A stretch of 40,156 nucleotides of DNA from a virus. Below are positions 5,225 through 13,253 of this stretch, in pieces. Under the pieces are notes generated by a model. That model saw nothing but the letters and a program-made list of their open reading frames with translations. It made no database searches and had not been told where the DNA came from. The stretch lies in the IMG/VR virus record IMGVR_UViG_3300027800_000009; one strand, given 5' to 3'. Both the position numbers and the translations under genes were made by a program. Positions within the stretch are counted from its first letter, which is position 1, and every line of letters starts with the position of its first letter.

Positions 5225-5471
5225 GGTCGTACCGACTTATTATTGCCATCGCGTTGTTTCGCTTCTTTTGGCATTCAACGCAAGAACAATGAATGTAAGA
5301 AGGATCAGAAAAAGCTTTCAGCGCCGCGAGCAGCTCGTCGCGCTGGGCGGTGAGTTCTTCAAGCTGGTCGGCGGCCATTTTGGCGCGTGCAATGAGCTGA
5401 ACGACTCCCATGGTATCACATGGTTCGCACGGGGCGCGAAGGCACGCAATGTCAAATTCAAGGCTCATCAT
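5217..5471 (-). CDS. Hypothetical protein, 84 aa
   Basis: Operon orientation with short overlaps at both ends. No recognisable motif. Confidence 0.55.
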   Translation of the reverse strand: MMSLEFDIACLRAPCEPCDTMGVVQLIARAKMAADQLEELTAQRDELLAALKAFSDPSYIHCSCVECQKKRNNAMAIISRYDHA

Positions 5472-5877
5472 TCCCCTCCACGCTTTTCAGCGACTTCTCG
5501 ACCATCTCAATGATGAAGTCATCCGGAGTGGTAGCGCCAAAGTGTTCGACCTCGGCGCGCTGCCAGCCGTACAGGGCGCGGAGGGCGGAAAGAAGGGAAT
5601 CGCGCTGGATCAATAACGCGTCCCTATCTTCTTTCATTTTCTCGACGCAATCGTCGGCAAGGTCTTCATCGGAAGCGGAACGGCACGCATTCACGCACGC
5701 GACTATTCGGCGGGCGTTGGCTTTTTGGATTTCGAGCGCAACTTCTTCGCCTTTTTTCGACAGCCAACCCCAGCCGCGAATCTGTGCAACTATATTTCCT
5801 TCACAGAGAGGCGCGCCAATATAATCGCCCATTCCATCTTCTTCCCACGGCTCCGGCGTGTGTAGTTTTTCCATCAT
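5458..5877 (-). CDS. Hypothetical phage protein (TPxPW ... ANARxI family), 139 aa
   Basis: HTPEPWEE near the N-terminus and QKANARRIVACVNA. It shares the pattern of ORF 12930..13250 (TPGPW ... LAMAAPDMY). Confidence 0.65.
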   Translation of the reverse strand: MMEKLHTPEPWEEDGMGDYIGAPLCEGNIVAQIRGWGWLSKKGEEVALEIQKANARRIVACVNACRSASDEDLADDCVEKMKEDRDALLIQRDSLLSALRALYGWQRAEVEHFGATTPDDFIIEMVEKSLKSVEGNDEP

Positions 5878-6107
5878 TCCCCTCCCTCAAGCTCGGCTAT
5901 GAGCGCGTCGGCGAGTTGCCGTGATCTTTTCGCAATCGTCATAGTGCATTCAGGGGGAAAGCCGCCCGCTATTATTCCCGCCAACGCCTGCCCCGCGTAA
6001 TACTCGCGGAGACTCATGCCGGGCGAAGCGTTGTTATAATAGCGTGTTGTTTCCGTAATTCGTTCGCCGATTGGGCGGGCAAACGCAGCCTTGCTTGTGT
6101 CTTTCAT
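5874..6107 (-). CDS. Hypothetical phage protein, 77 aa
   Basis: Internal ATG at 6107 follows GGAGGCGGTAATAAG and overlaps the upstream stop (ATGA). Contains GMSLREYYAGQALAGII, a motif common in small phage proteins. Confidence 0.65.
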   Translation of the reverse strand: MKDTSKAAFARPIGERITETTRYYNNASPGMSLREYYAGQALAGIIAGGFPPECTMTIAKRSRQLADALIAELEGGE

Positions 6108-6268
6108 CTTATTACCGCCTCCAACGCCTTGACGCGAAGTGTCGCGCCCATAAAAATTGCCGTATCTACCGGCCGTTGCCACAGAGCGAACGCCGCAACC
6201 ATCTCTTTCCGAGTAATATGACCAAGACGAAACTCGGCCATGGTATCTTTCAATTCTGCGTATTTCAT
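6104..6268 (-). CDS. Hypothetical protein, 54 aa (below the ORF-track cutoff)
   Basis: Hand translation: MKYAELKDTMAEFRLGHITRKEMVAAFALWQRPVDTAIFMGATLRVKALEAVIR. ATGA overlaps at both ends fill an otherwise empty gap in a tightly coupled operon. Confidence 0.5.
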   Translation of the reverse strand: MKYAELKDTMAEFRLGHITRKEMVAAFALWQRPVDTAIFMGATLRVKALEAVIR

Positions 6269-6456
6269 ACCGTCTCCTTCAAATTCTCAATCGCCTGTCG
6301 TTTAAGCGCCTCGAATAATTCCGCCACGGCGGCATAGTCGCGCGAGGAGGTGGCCGATAAGGTAATAAGACGGTTATCTCCTATGCTTGCCGTTGCTGTA
6401 TATCCGCCGTCAACCTCGTCGATGGTCACGGTCAGGCCGTTTACGATGGTTTTCAC
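6265..6456 (-). CDS. Hypothetical protein, 63 aa
   Basis: Operon orientation, coupled to its neighbours. Confidence 0.6.
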   Translation of the reverse strand: MKTIVNGLTVTIDEVDGGYTATASIGDNRLITLSATSSRDYAAVAELFEALKRQAIENLKETV

Positions 6457-6674
6457 CTGAATTCCTCCTCAAGTTCTTTTCTTTCAGCCGCCTTGTTAAA
6501 AAAGGCGTTGTCTACCGCCACTTGTGCGCCCTGAATGACATCGCGCGGCAGGGTCGAAAGATCCTCGCGCTCGGGGTGCTGAAGGCGCAAATAGATAGAA
6601 ATGGCGCGGGTATATTCGCCCATGCGAACCGCCCGGCGAAAGCGGGGGTCTTGAAGGATGTCGCTATTTTCCAT
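6453..6674 (-). CDS. Hypothetical protein, about 73 aa
   Basis: Start chosen at ATG 6674, 7 nt after GAGG. The longer 116-aa reading would overlap most of the upstream TM-protein gene. Confidence 0.45.
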   Translation of the reverse strand: MENSDILQDPRFRRAVRMGEYTRAISIYLRLQHPEREDLSTLPRDVIQGAQVAVDNAFFNKAAERKELEEEFR

Positions 6675-6903
6675 CGCCATACCTCGTGCCTGAATGCGAA
6701 TCCGGGCCAAAGAGCGCGCCTGCGATGGCCCGTCCGATTCTCGCAAAAAGGTTGTTTTCATACCTCTTGAGCGATTCCTCGGTGCTTTCAGCCAGCCGGT
6801 CAATGTTTTTCATTTGTATAACATATACCAAGTTGGCAAGAGTCAAGGCAACTAAAAGTATGCCACAAATTAAAACGCCCGCAATCAAAACAATGTCTTT
6901 CAT
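6664..6903 (-). CDS. Small membrane protein, 79 aa
   Basis: ATG at 6903 after GGAGGACGGACGGA. N-terminal TM segment IVLIAGVLICGILLVALTLANLVYV. First gene downstream of promoter 6927..6955. Confidence 0.65.
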   Translation of the reverse strand: MKDIVLIAGVLICGILLVALTLANLVYVIQMKNIDRLAESTEESLKRYENNLFARIGRAIAGALFGPDSHSGTRYGDGK

Positions 6904-6926
6904 TCCGTCCGTCCTCCGATGTTTTA

Positions 6927-6955
6927 ATTCTATACCAGAAAATAAATAAATACAA
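6927..6955 (-). promoter_or_regulatory. Sigma70-type promoter (TTGTAT-17-TAGAAT)
   Basis: Minus strand reads TTGTAT ttatttattttctggta TAGAAT in an AT-rich gap after a terminator. The 16-mer gttttaattctatacc (6921-6936) is identical to 17331-17346. Confidence 0.6.
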
Positions 6956-7022
6956 GATAAATCGGCGTTTTTCTCGTTTATTTTTGTATAATAAAATAAA
7001 GTGCCTTATACGAAAATAAACT

Positions 7023-7047
7023 AGAAAAACGGCCCCATAGTGGGGCC
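7023..7047 (-). terminator. Rho-independent terminator after the DUF669 gene
   Basis: Minus strand reads GGCCCCA-CTA-TGGGGCC followed by GTTTTTCT. Confidence 0.7.
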
Positions 7048-7070
7048 GGGCCTGATGGGGGCCTATAGCG

Positions 7071-7586
7071 TTACTTCCCCGGCCAGTTTTCCCACGGCTT
7101 GTAGGGCAAGCCGGTTGCCGGATTGACGGGGGGCTGTCCGGCCACCACGGGCGCGGGCTTGGTCACGATGGTGACGGGTGCGGTGGGGGCCGTCTGATAC
7201 GCCATATAGTTCTTGATGCGGTTCGACGGCCCGTACTCGCCCTGTCCGGGTTGGATGCCGACCTTGACGGTCATCGGGATATTGTGGAGCTCCTCGGAGT
7301 TCTGGGCTCCCGGCTTGTTTACGGCGGCGACGATGGTCGCGAGCTCCCGGTTGGCGATCTCGACTGCCTTGGGGTTCGGGTTCCAGAGATTCAGGATCAC
7401 GAAAATGATCCTTCCCTGAAATTCGCCTTCGATGATCTCGACGCGCAACGAGAGATACTGTCCATCCCCTGTCTTGGTCGGCTTGATTTCGGATTCCGTG
7501 ATGACGGCCTTATAGTCTCCGACCGGGATCGGGGTGAAGTCGTCCATGGGTTTCGCGTTCTGGTAGTCATTTCCTAATGCGGGCAT
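7071..7586 (-). CDS. DUF669-type phage ssDNA-binding-like protein
   Basis: FTPIPVGDYKAVITESEIKPTKTGDGQYLSLRVEIIEGEFQGRIIF fits the DUF669 pattern. It shows the usual synteny next to a Sak4-like ATPase. Confidence 0.75.
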   Translation of the reverse strand: MPALGNDYQNAKPMDDFTPIPVGDYKAVITESEIKPTKTGDGQYLSLRVEIIEGEFQGRIIFVILNLWNPNPKAVEIANRELATIVAAVNKPGAQNSEELHNIPMTVKVGIQPGQGEYGPSNRIKNYMAYQTAPTAPVTIVTKPAPVVAGQPPVNPATGLPYKPWENWPGK

Positions 7587-7650
7587 AATGTTTCCTTATA
7601 AAAAAAGTTAGAGAATTACCCGGCGCGCGCTAACGGCGGCCGGGGGAGAG

Positions 7651-7917
7651 TTATTTATTCGCGAGCCACGCGATGAACCGGCAAGAAAGACTCATTTCGG
7701 TCTCGTAGCCGTTCGGTCCGGTAAACTTGCGCGCGGGGGCGTTCGGAATGGCGTCGAAAACCGCGTGCAGTTCCTCGATTTTCTTTTTTTCTTCCTGCCA
7801 GTTATCGTACCAAGAATCCTTGCTGGCTTCTGTGCTTTTCAGTCTGGTTTCCAGATCCGCGATTCTCTTCTCGGCCGCAACCAACGCGGCGGGTTTTCGC
7901 TTTTTCGCCTCTGCCAT
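7651..7917 (-). CDS. Hypothetical coiled-coil protein, 88 aa
   Basis: ATG after AAAGGACGGAAAA, in the operon orientation. Confidence 0.6.
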   Translation of the reverse strand: MAEAKKRKPAALVAAEKRIADLETRLKSTEASKDSWYDNWQEEKKKIEELHAVFDAIPNAPARKFTGPNGYETEMSLSCRFIAWLANK

Positions 7918-7958
7918 TTTTTCCGTCCTTTCCCCGCGATAGGCACGGGGGCCGTATT

Positions 7959-8720
7959 TTATACCAAATACTCCGCGAACGGGTTGACGCCTTCCACGAA
8001 GGGCAAATCGACCTTGATCCCGAGCCGGTTTTTCGAGACGTGCGCCGGGTGCGGGTAGCAGGTGATGATCCGTTCGCCCGAGGTGTTCGCCCGCTTGCCA
8101 TCCTTGTCGGTGCCGGTCACGAAGGTTTTGAGTTTCAGGAAGGCCACGACGTCCACGTCGTCCACATAGTGCGATACGGATTTCTTGTGCATCCGGATCG
8201 TATACCGCGAGAACTGGGGTTGATCGGGGAGATCAAGCGACTCTACCTCGACATGGGCGAGGAAGAGGACATTCATGCCCTTTTCGTCGGCCAAGCGCTG
8301 CGCGATCTTGCGGAGCTCGAAGTGGTAGTTCGCGACGGCGGAATACCCCGCGCCGTATCCGCCCAAAGCGGTATTGATTGACGCGCCTTTCCCGCCCGCT
8401 TTCCGGTCGGCCTCCATGATCTCGGCCTCGGCGAAGGTATTGAACTTCGTAACGGTGTCGAATGCGACCGTTTTGAAGGGGTGATCCTCGGTCAAAAGCG
8501 CCATTGCCGCTTCCATGACATCGTTCGTGCTTTTTGCGACGGGGAACATGGCGACGTCTCCGCGCGATTCTATCGATTTCGAGCCGTCTTCGGCGCGAAC
8601 CATTACCAGATTCGGGAAGTATGAGGCAAGCGTCGTTTTACCGATACCGCCCTCCCCGCAAATGGTCATAATGAGCGGCCGCCGTTCCGGGGCGGTCAGG
8701 GAAGAAAGTGATACTGCCAT
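7959..8720 (-). CDS. AAA_24 / Sak4-like RecA-family recombination ATPase
   Basis: Walker A CGEGGIGKTTLAS and a Walker B-like NVLFLAHVE. Synteny Gp157-like / ATPase / DUF669. Confidence 0.85.
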   Translation of the reverse strand: MAVSLSSLTAPERRPLIMTICGEGGIGKTTLASYFPNLVMVRAEDGSKSIESRGDVAMFPVAKSTNDVMEAAMALLTEDHPFKTVAFDTVTKFNTFAEAEIMEADRKAGGKGASINTALGGYGAGYSAVANYHFELRKIAQRLADEKGMNVLFLAHVEVESLDLPDQPQFSRYTIRMHKKSVSHYVDDVDVVAFLKLKTFVTGTDKDGKRANTSGERIITCYPHPAHVSKNRLGIKVDLPFVEGVNPFAEYLV

Positions 8721-8721
8721 A

Positions 8722-9369
8722 CTACCTCACCACCAGGGTCGAGCCCTGCGCATAGCGGATGCCGGGGAGGGAGAATTCGATCATCTCGAAATGATCCTCA
8801 ACGGGCATTGCTTGTTTATAAAACACCATGTCCCGGTCAAGCGGATTTTCCGCGTCGGGTTTCTGGTACAGCGTGCCCGAGGCAAGTCCTTCCTTGATCT
8901 TGGTCGCCGAAAGCTCCGGTTCCTTGTACAGGAACTCCGGTATCTTCGCGATATCGAACGACGAATCCGTCTTGACCGACGCAGCCGTCGCCTGAATGCC
9001 CGCCGAGAAAAGCTCGGTCTTGTGCTTTTTCATGCCGAGGGCGTCGAACGCGAACCAAAGAAGATCCTTGATCCGTCCAGCCTCGTTCTCGCGAGCCTTC
9101 GCGCGCTTCGAAAGCCGGTCCATCTCTTCTTTGAGGGAATCGCGTTCGGCCTGAGCCGTCGCCGCGTTGGCCTTCAGGTTCTTGAAGAACTTGCAGATTC
9201 TGTCAAACTTGGAATCGAATGCCTCGGATTCCTCTTTAACCCATGCCGCGAAGGTCGTTTTTTCTTCGTCGGTCAGTTCCCGGGTTTCCCCGGTTTCTTC
9301 GTCGGTCAGTGATTCGATAAGGGCGGATAAAGCCTTTACGTCACCCACGATGGTGTAAATAGTGCTCAT
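8722..9369 (-). CDS. Siphovirus Gp157-like protein
   Basis: First gene of the leftward operon, after GAGAGGAGGTGCC. Acidic N-terminus, coiled-coil centre (AERDSLKEEMDRLSKRAKARENEAGRIKDLL), and the usual position upstream of a Sak4-like ATPase. Confidence 0.65.
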   Translation of the reverse strand: MSTIYTIVGDVKALSALIESLTDEETGETRELTDEEKTTFAAWVKEESEAFDSKFDRICKFFKNLKANAATAQAERDSLKEEMDRLSKRAKARENEAGRIKDLLWFAFDALGMKKHKTELFSAGIQATAASVKTDSSFDIAKIPEFLYKEPELSATKIKEGLASGTLYQKPDAENPLDRDMVFYKQAMPVEDHFEMIEFSLPGIRYAQGSTLVVR

Positions 9370-9400
9370 GGCACCTCCTCTCTACTCTCAAACTAAAATC

Positions 9401-9429
9401 AGTATAGCGCCGGTATTTTTTTATGTCAA
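9401..9429 (-). promoter_or_regulatory. Leftward early promoter (TTGACA-17-TATACT)
   Basis: Minus strand reads TTGACA taaaaaaataccggcgc TATACT, about 30 nt upstream of the Gp157-like gene. Confidence 0.75.
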
Positions 9430-9455
9430 GCGAAAAATTAAAAATAATTATGCGG

Positions 9456-9484
9456 TTGACAGTTTAATTTTTATCGTGTAATCT
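9456..9484 (+). promoter_or_regulatory. Rightward early promoter (TTGACA-17-TAATCT, TG-extended)
   Basis: TTGACA gtttaatttttatcgtg TAATCT, divergent from 9401..9429. It is flanked by the inverted repeat AAAAATTAAA (9433-9442) / TTTAATTTTT (9463-9472). Confidence 0.7.
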
Positions 9485-9503
9485 ATTTCTATTAGGGGGA
9501 TCG

Positions 9504-9686
9504 ATGGCAAACATATACTCGATCGAACAGATTAAAGAAAAATTAGCCGATAAAAAGATTTCGGTTATAGCAGAAAGGACCGGACTTTCCCGGCAAGAGA
9601 TCTACAATGTGAAGCTGGGGAAAAACATCAGCTTCGCGACGTATGAAAAACTGGTTCATTATTTATTCCCGGATGGTGAGAAATGA
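9504..9686 (+). CDS. Helix-turn-helix transcriptional regulator (Cro/XRE-like), 60 aa
   Basis: ISVIAERTGLSRQEIYNVKLGKN is a typical HTH. It is the first gene after the divergent promoters, with RBS GGGGGA. Confidence 0.75.
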   Translation: MANIYSIEQIKEKLADKKISVIAERTGLSRQEIYNVKLGKNISFATYEKLVHYLFPDGEK

Positions 9687-9922
9687 AAGCTCTTTCGATG
9701 GAATCATTAACCGGATATGGATCACGCGTCAGGGTTCTTTTCGACAAAACTGGTCGAGACTCTGACGAAACGACAATCGATATAGATTTTTCAAGAAATT
9801 CTTTCCCTGATATTTTCGCCTCGGGAGCTGGAGGAAGTATTTCTATTCGCGCGTCCGGATCAATAGAACAAACCGAAATCCTCGAAGCCTTCCGATCTGT
9901 TGTAAAAATGCTTGAATCATAA
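9683..9922 (+). CDS. Hypothetical protein, 79 aa
   Basis: ATGA overlap with the HTH gene, same orientation. Confidence 0.55.
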   Translation: MKALSMESLTGYGSRVRVLFDKTGRDSDETTIDIDFSRNSFPDIFASGAGGSISIRASGSIEQTEILEAFRSVVKMLES

Positions 9923-9931
9923 AGGGACGCC

Positions 9932-11833
9932 ATGCAAAAAAAGAAGGGCATAAACTTTCAAGAGGCGAACCGCATTGCCTCGGAATCAATACGCGACTGG
10001 CTCCCGGGATACGACGACGGGAAGCGGCAAGGCGACTGGGTGAACGGAATTCCGAACCCGACGCGACCGGACCGGGACACGGCTTCTTTCGGCGTCAATC
10101 CGGTCGAAGGCCGATACCATGATTTTACCGGCGAGACGCATGATCTCCTGCATCTCTACGCGGTCGTCAATGGTTTGACCGATAAAGACGCGGCCTTGTC
10201 TCTCTTGCCCTCATCTCCCGAGCCCTACGAAACCAATATTTCCGCCCTTTTAGCCTCGCTCGACAAGCAGCGTGCCCCGACTATTCCCGGCGAATGGGAC
10301 CACGTTCACCAGTATTCTGACGGCGTATGCTCTTTTTTTGTCTGTCGGAAGGATGCGCGGGACGACAAGCCGAAAGAAATCAGGCCGGCCACAATTTCGG
10401 GCGGTCAAGTTATTTTCAAGAAACCCCCGAAGCCCGCGCAAGGGTATCCCTTGCTTAATCTCGACAAGATATTGACGGCACCGGCCGACGCTGAAATAGT
10501 CCTTGTGGAAGGCGAGGTCAAGTCCGAAGCGATTCCCGCGCCCTATATTGCGACATCCATCGCCGGGGGCGCGAACGCGTGGAAGGATACCGACCTTTCC
10601 CCTCTTCAAGGTCGTCGCGTTATCCTTTGGCCCGACAATGACGAGCCCGGCAAGAAGTGCATGGAAGAAATCCGCGCTATTTTGACCGATACCCGAATCA
10701 TTACGCCCTCATCCGACTGGCCAAAAGGCGCGGACGCGGCGAATTTCTCGTATGACGAACGGATTTCTATTATCCAAAGCGCGAAAAAGGTCGAGAAAAA
10801 ATCCGCGTTCCCCTTGGTCAAGATCGGATCCCGTGATCTGAAGGCGCGGCAATGGCTCATAAAAGGGCTGATATCGAAACACTCTTTCACCTCGATTTTC
10901 GGCGCGTCGTATACCGGTAAATCCTACGTAGCGGTTGATCTCGCGTGTCGCGTTGCTACCGGTGAGGATTTTTGCGGGTATCCGGTCAAAACTCCCGGCG
11001 CGGTGGTCTATATAGCGGGTGAAGGTTACGACGGAATAGAAAAGCGGTTTCTTGCATGGTCGATAAAAAATAATAAGAAAATGGATGAACTGCCGATCTA
11101 TATTTCCCTTATGCCCGCAGCGCTCGGAAATGATGATATAATGAAAACCGTAGAAGATTCGGTCCGGGACGTTGCCGGTCTGCACGACGGGAAAATATCC
11201 CTGATTATCTTCGATACCTGGGCGCGTAACTTTGAAGGAAACGAGAACGACTCGGCAGACACGAGCGCGGCCGTTCGGACGATAGACAACCTGAAAAACA
11301 CCTATGAATGTGCTGCCTTGATCGTGCATCATACAGGGAAAGGAGACCAAACCAAGGCGCGAGGATCGTCGGTGCTCTATGGAGCACTCGACTTTGAATT
11401 CTCGGTCACGAACAAAAATAGCACGATTCACATGGAAAATACGAAAATGAAAGACGGAACGCCTCCCCCGGTATTGCGTTTCGGGTTTGAAAATATCGTC
11501 GTCGGACAGGACGAAGACGGCGAGGATGAAACCTCGGCGGTATTAAACCAGATTGATATTGAGGGAATTACCGGGCAAGCGGGCACGAAAGAAAAGACCT
11601 CGAAAGGGCTCGCTTGCGCGCTTGATATCCTGAAAGCGAACCCTACGGGAATAATTACTTCGACTTTTTTGTCGGAATTGACATTAAAAACCAGTGAACG
11701 AACCGCGTTCCGAACAAAAAAAAGCATGACCGAGGAAGGCAAGCTGATAGAAATTGACGGCAAAATATTCTTGCCGAAGGCAACTGAAGAAGGGAAAAAG
11801 GCAGAAAACAATGAAAATATGGATATTTTCTAG
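9932..11833 (+). CDS. Bifunctional primase/helicase (Toprim domain plus RecA-like AAA_25/RepA-type NTPase)
   Basis: Toprim motifs IVLVEGEVKS and ILWPDNDEPGKK. Walker A GASYTGKSYVAVDL, Walker B LIIFDTW, and IVHHTGK. Confidence 0.88.
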   Translation: MQKKKGINFQEANRIASESIRDWLPGYDDGKRQGDWVNGIPNPTRPDRDTASFGVNPVEGRYHDFTGETHDLLHLYAVVNGLTDKDAALSLLPSSPEPYETNISALLASLDKQRAPTIPGEWDHVHQYSDGVCSFFVCRKDARDDKPKEIRPATISGGQVIFKKPPKPAQGYPLLNLDKILTAPADAEIVLVEGEVKSEAIPAPYIATSIAGGANAWKDTDLSPLQGRRVILWPDNDEPGKKCMEEIRAILTDTRIITPSSDWPKGADAANFSYDERISIIQSAKKVEKKSAFPLVKIGSRDLKARQWLIKGLISKHSFTSIFGASYTGKSYVAVDLACRVATGEDFCGYPVKTPGAVVYIAGEGYDGIEKRFLAWSIKNNKKMDELPIYISLMPAALGNDDIMKTVEDSVRDVAGLHDGKISLIIFDTWARNFEGNENDSADTSAAVRTIDNLKNTYECAALIVHHTGKGDQTKARGSSVLYGALDFEFSVTNKNSTIHMENTKMKDGTPPPVLRFGFENIVVGQDEDGEDETSAVLNQIDIEGITGQAGTKEKTSKGLACALDILKANPTGIITSTFLSELTLKTSERTAFRTKKSMTEEGKLIEIDGKIFLPKATEEGKKAENNENMDIF

Positions 11834-11836
11834 TAA

Positions 11837-11956
11837 CTGCCAAACACTGCCAAAACCTGCCAATGGCAGTGTTTGGCATATATTTTTACTGCCAAACCCT
11901 GCCACGTATATATAATATACGTGGCAGTGGCAGGAAATGGCAGTCGGCGGTGGCAG
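11837..11956. repeat. Candidate replication origin: CTGCCA/TGGCAG iterons around an AT-rich perfect palindrome
   Basis: CTGCCA at 11837, 11847, 11857, 11889 and 11899. TGGCAG at 11864, 11922, 11928, 11938 and 11951. Perfect 13-bp arms CTGCCACGTATAT-ata-ATATACGTGGCAG (11899-11927). A 15-bp inverted repeat TGCCAAACACTGCCA / TGGCAGTGTTTGGCA (11838-11852 / 11864-11878). Confidence 0.6.
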
Positions 11957-11972
11957 TGTTCCAAAGAAACAG

Positions 11973-12003
11973 AGTGTATACTTTTTTATACACTTTATTT
12001 TTA
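11973..12003 (+). terminator. Rho-independent terminator after the primase/helicase and origin region
   Basis: AGTGTATA-cttttt-TATACACT followed by TTATTTTTAT. Confidence 0.55.
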
Positions 12004-12028
12004 TACCAAAAAGGGGTATCATACGGCT

Positions 12029-12379
12029 ATGAAACGCAACTATGAGGAATCCCGCCTCCAAGCCGAAATCGTCAAGGCTTTTTCTCTTCTTGGCATATAC
12101 GTCCTAATGTGCCCGAACGGAGAAATCACTGATATGTCGGCCAAGAAATATACCCGCCTGGTTGCCCTTGGGTTCCGACTGGGTGCCCCGGACCTTTTTT
12201 TATTCAAGAAGGGCGAGAATAGGTTTTTCGGGATGGAGCTGAAGCAGCCTGGAGGGAAGCAATCGCCGGGCCAGGTATCCTTCCAGGAAAAGTGTATCGC
12301 TAATAACTGGCCCTACGTGGTCGTCTCAAGTTTGGACGACGCCATTGTGGCCGCGAAGGGGTGGGGATTATGCCGGTAA
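12029..12379 (+). CDS. VRR-NUC domain nuclease
   Basis: Start at the internal ATG 12029; the longer reading runs over the iterons. Motifs AEIVKAF...NGE...GAPDLFLFKKG...FGMELKQPGGKQSPGQ...VVVSSLDDA fit VRR-NUC. Confidence 0.75.
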   Translation: MKRNYEESRLQAEIVKAFSLLGIYVLMCPNGEITDMSAKKYTRLVALGFRLGAPDLFLFKKGENRFFGMELKQPGGKQSPGQVSFQEKCIANNWPYVVVSSLDDAIVAAKGWGLCR

Positions 12380-12933
12380 AGCCGACGCCAAAGCAAAAAG
12401 CTAAAACTATGCTCGAAACCAAGGCGAACAGGGAAGCGTTCGTTCGGGCGTACATCGATAACGATTTCAAAGACGCATCAAAAGTGTATGAAAAAGTATA
12501 CGGTTGCTCGGCAAAGTCGGCGGTTTCTGCCGCGTCTCGTCTGTTGAAAGACGTCAATATCCAAGAGATGATGGCGGCGGAACTGGCCGAAACTATGAAG
12601 ATAGCGCGCATACCCCTTGAAAAGCGCGTGGTCGATACGTGGATGAAGCGGGCGTTCTATGACGTCGCCGATATCGTCGATACACAAGGCGCGCTGAAGC
12701 ACGATATGGATGAGCTGAAACGGCTCGGCCTTTCCGTCTGCATCGACGGGATCGACGTCAAGCCGGATAAGGACGGCGGGGAGCACTACGTTTACAAATT
12801 GGCGGACCGGGACAAGGCGCTTGAAATGCTCCAAAAGTACGCGCAAATCATCAAGCCTTTTGATGCGCGGGTCTCGGGCTTGGAGAATGCCGGGGCGTTC
12901 GTGGTTGAGTTCTTAAAGACGGGGGAAAAATGA
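12370..12933 (+). CDS. terS: Terminase small subunit
   Basis: ATG at 12370 after GGGGTGGGG. FVRAYIDNDFKDASKVYEKVYGCSAKSAVSAASRLLKDVNIQ resembles Terminase_2-type small subunits. It lies upstream of the large subunit. Confidence 0.75.
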   Translation: MPVKPTPKQKAKTMLETKANREAFVRAYIDNDFKDASKVYEKVYGCSAKSAVSAASRLLKDVNIQEMMAAELAETMKIARIPLEKRVVDTWMKRAFYDVADIVDTQGALKHDMDELKRLGLSVCIDGIDVKPDKDGGEHYVYKLADRDKALEMLQKYAQIIKPFDARVSGLENAGAFVVEFLKTGEK

Positions 12934-13250
12934 AAGATACAAAGTTTACGCCGGGGCCGTGGGTTGTTTCTCGGCAATTAGGGACTATCGACGGGGAGCT
13001 TATGATTCTTGCTGGCGGGAAAGGAGAAACCGGAAGACCCTATGCGATTGCCGGTTTTATGACTTTTGATGCCAACGATGAAGAAAAAAAAGAATCTTTG
13101 GGAAATATAACCCTTGCAATGGCCGCCCCGGATATGTACGCGGCACTGAAGAAAACGGCGGCATATATTTCAGAAGAGGGGGAGTCTGCTGGAATATCGC
13201 CATTATTGCAGACTGTTCTGTCCGCGCTCGCGAAGGCTCGCGGCGAATAG
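12930..13250 (+). CDS. Hypothetical phage protein (TPGPW family), 106 aa
   Basis: KFTPGPWVV and LAMAAPDMYAALKK, the same family pattern as ORF 5458..5877. ATGA overlap with terS. Confidence 0.65.
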   Translation: MKDTKFTPGPWVVSRQLGTIDGELMILAGGKGETGRPYAIAGFMTFDANDEEKKESLGNITLAMAAPDMYAALKKTAAYISEEGESAGISPLLQTVLSALAKARGE

Positions 13251-13253
13251 TTC

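Noticed and set aside
7587-7650. Possible terminator (CCCGGC...GCCGGG) between the 88-aa ORF and the DUF669 gene.
   Set aside because: It has a 14-nt loop, and the T-run begins about 13 nt after the stem. This geometry does not suit an intrinsic terminator.
8515-9312. Long plus-strand ORF (265 aa) opposite the Gp157-like and ATPase genes. Similar long antisense ORFs occur at 10709..11431, 13788..14327, 15327..15959, 20530..21105, 24966..25643 and 38379..39065.
   Set aside because: Each lies entirely antisense to a gene with clear motifs. The products are Arg/Gly/Pro-rich and low-complexity, there is no RBS, and there is no operon logic. These are typical shadow ORFs of moderately GC-rich coding sequence.
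11873-12028. N-terminal extension of the VRR-NUC ORF (the 168-aa version).
   Set aside because: The extension is translated from the iteron, palindrome and terminator region, giving odd peptide composition (CHVYIIYVAVAGNGSRRWQC). The conserved domain starts at the internal Met at 12029.
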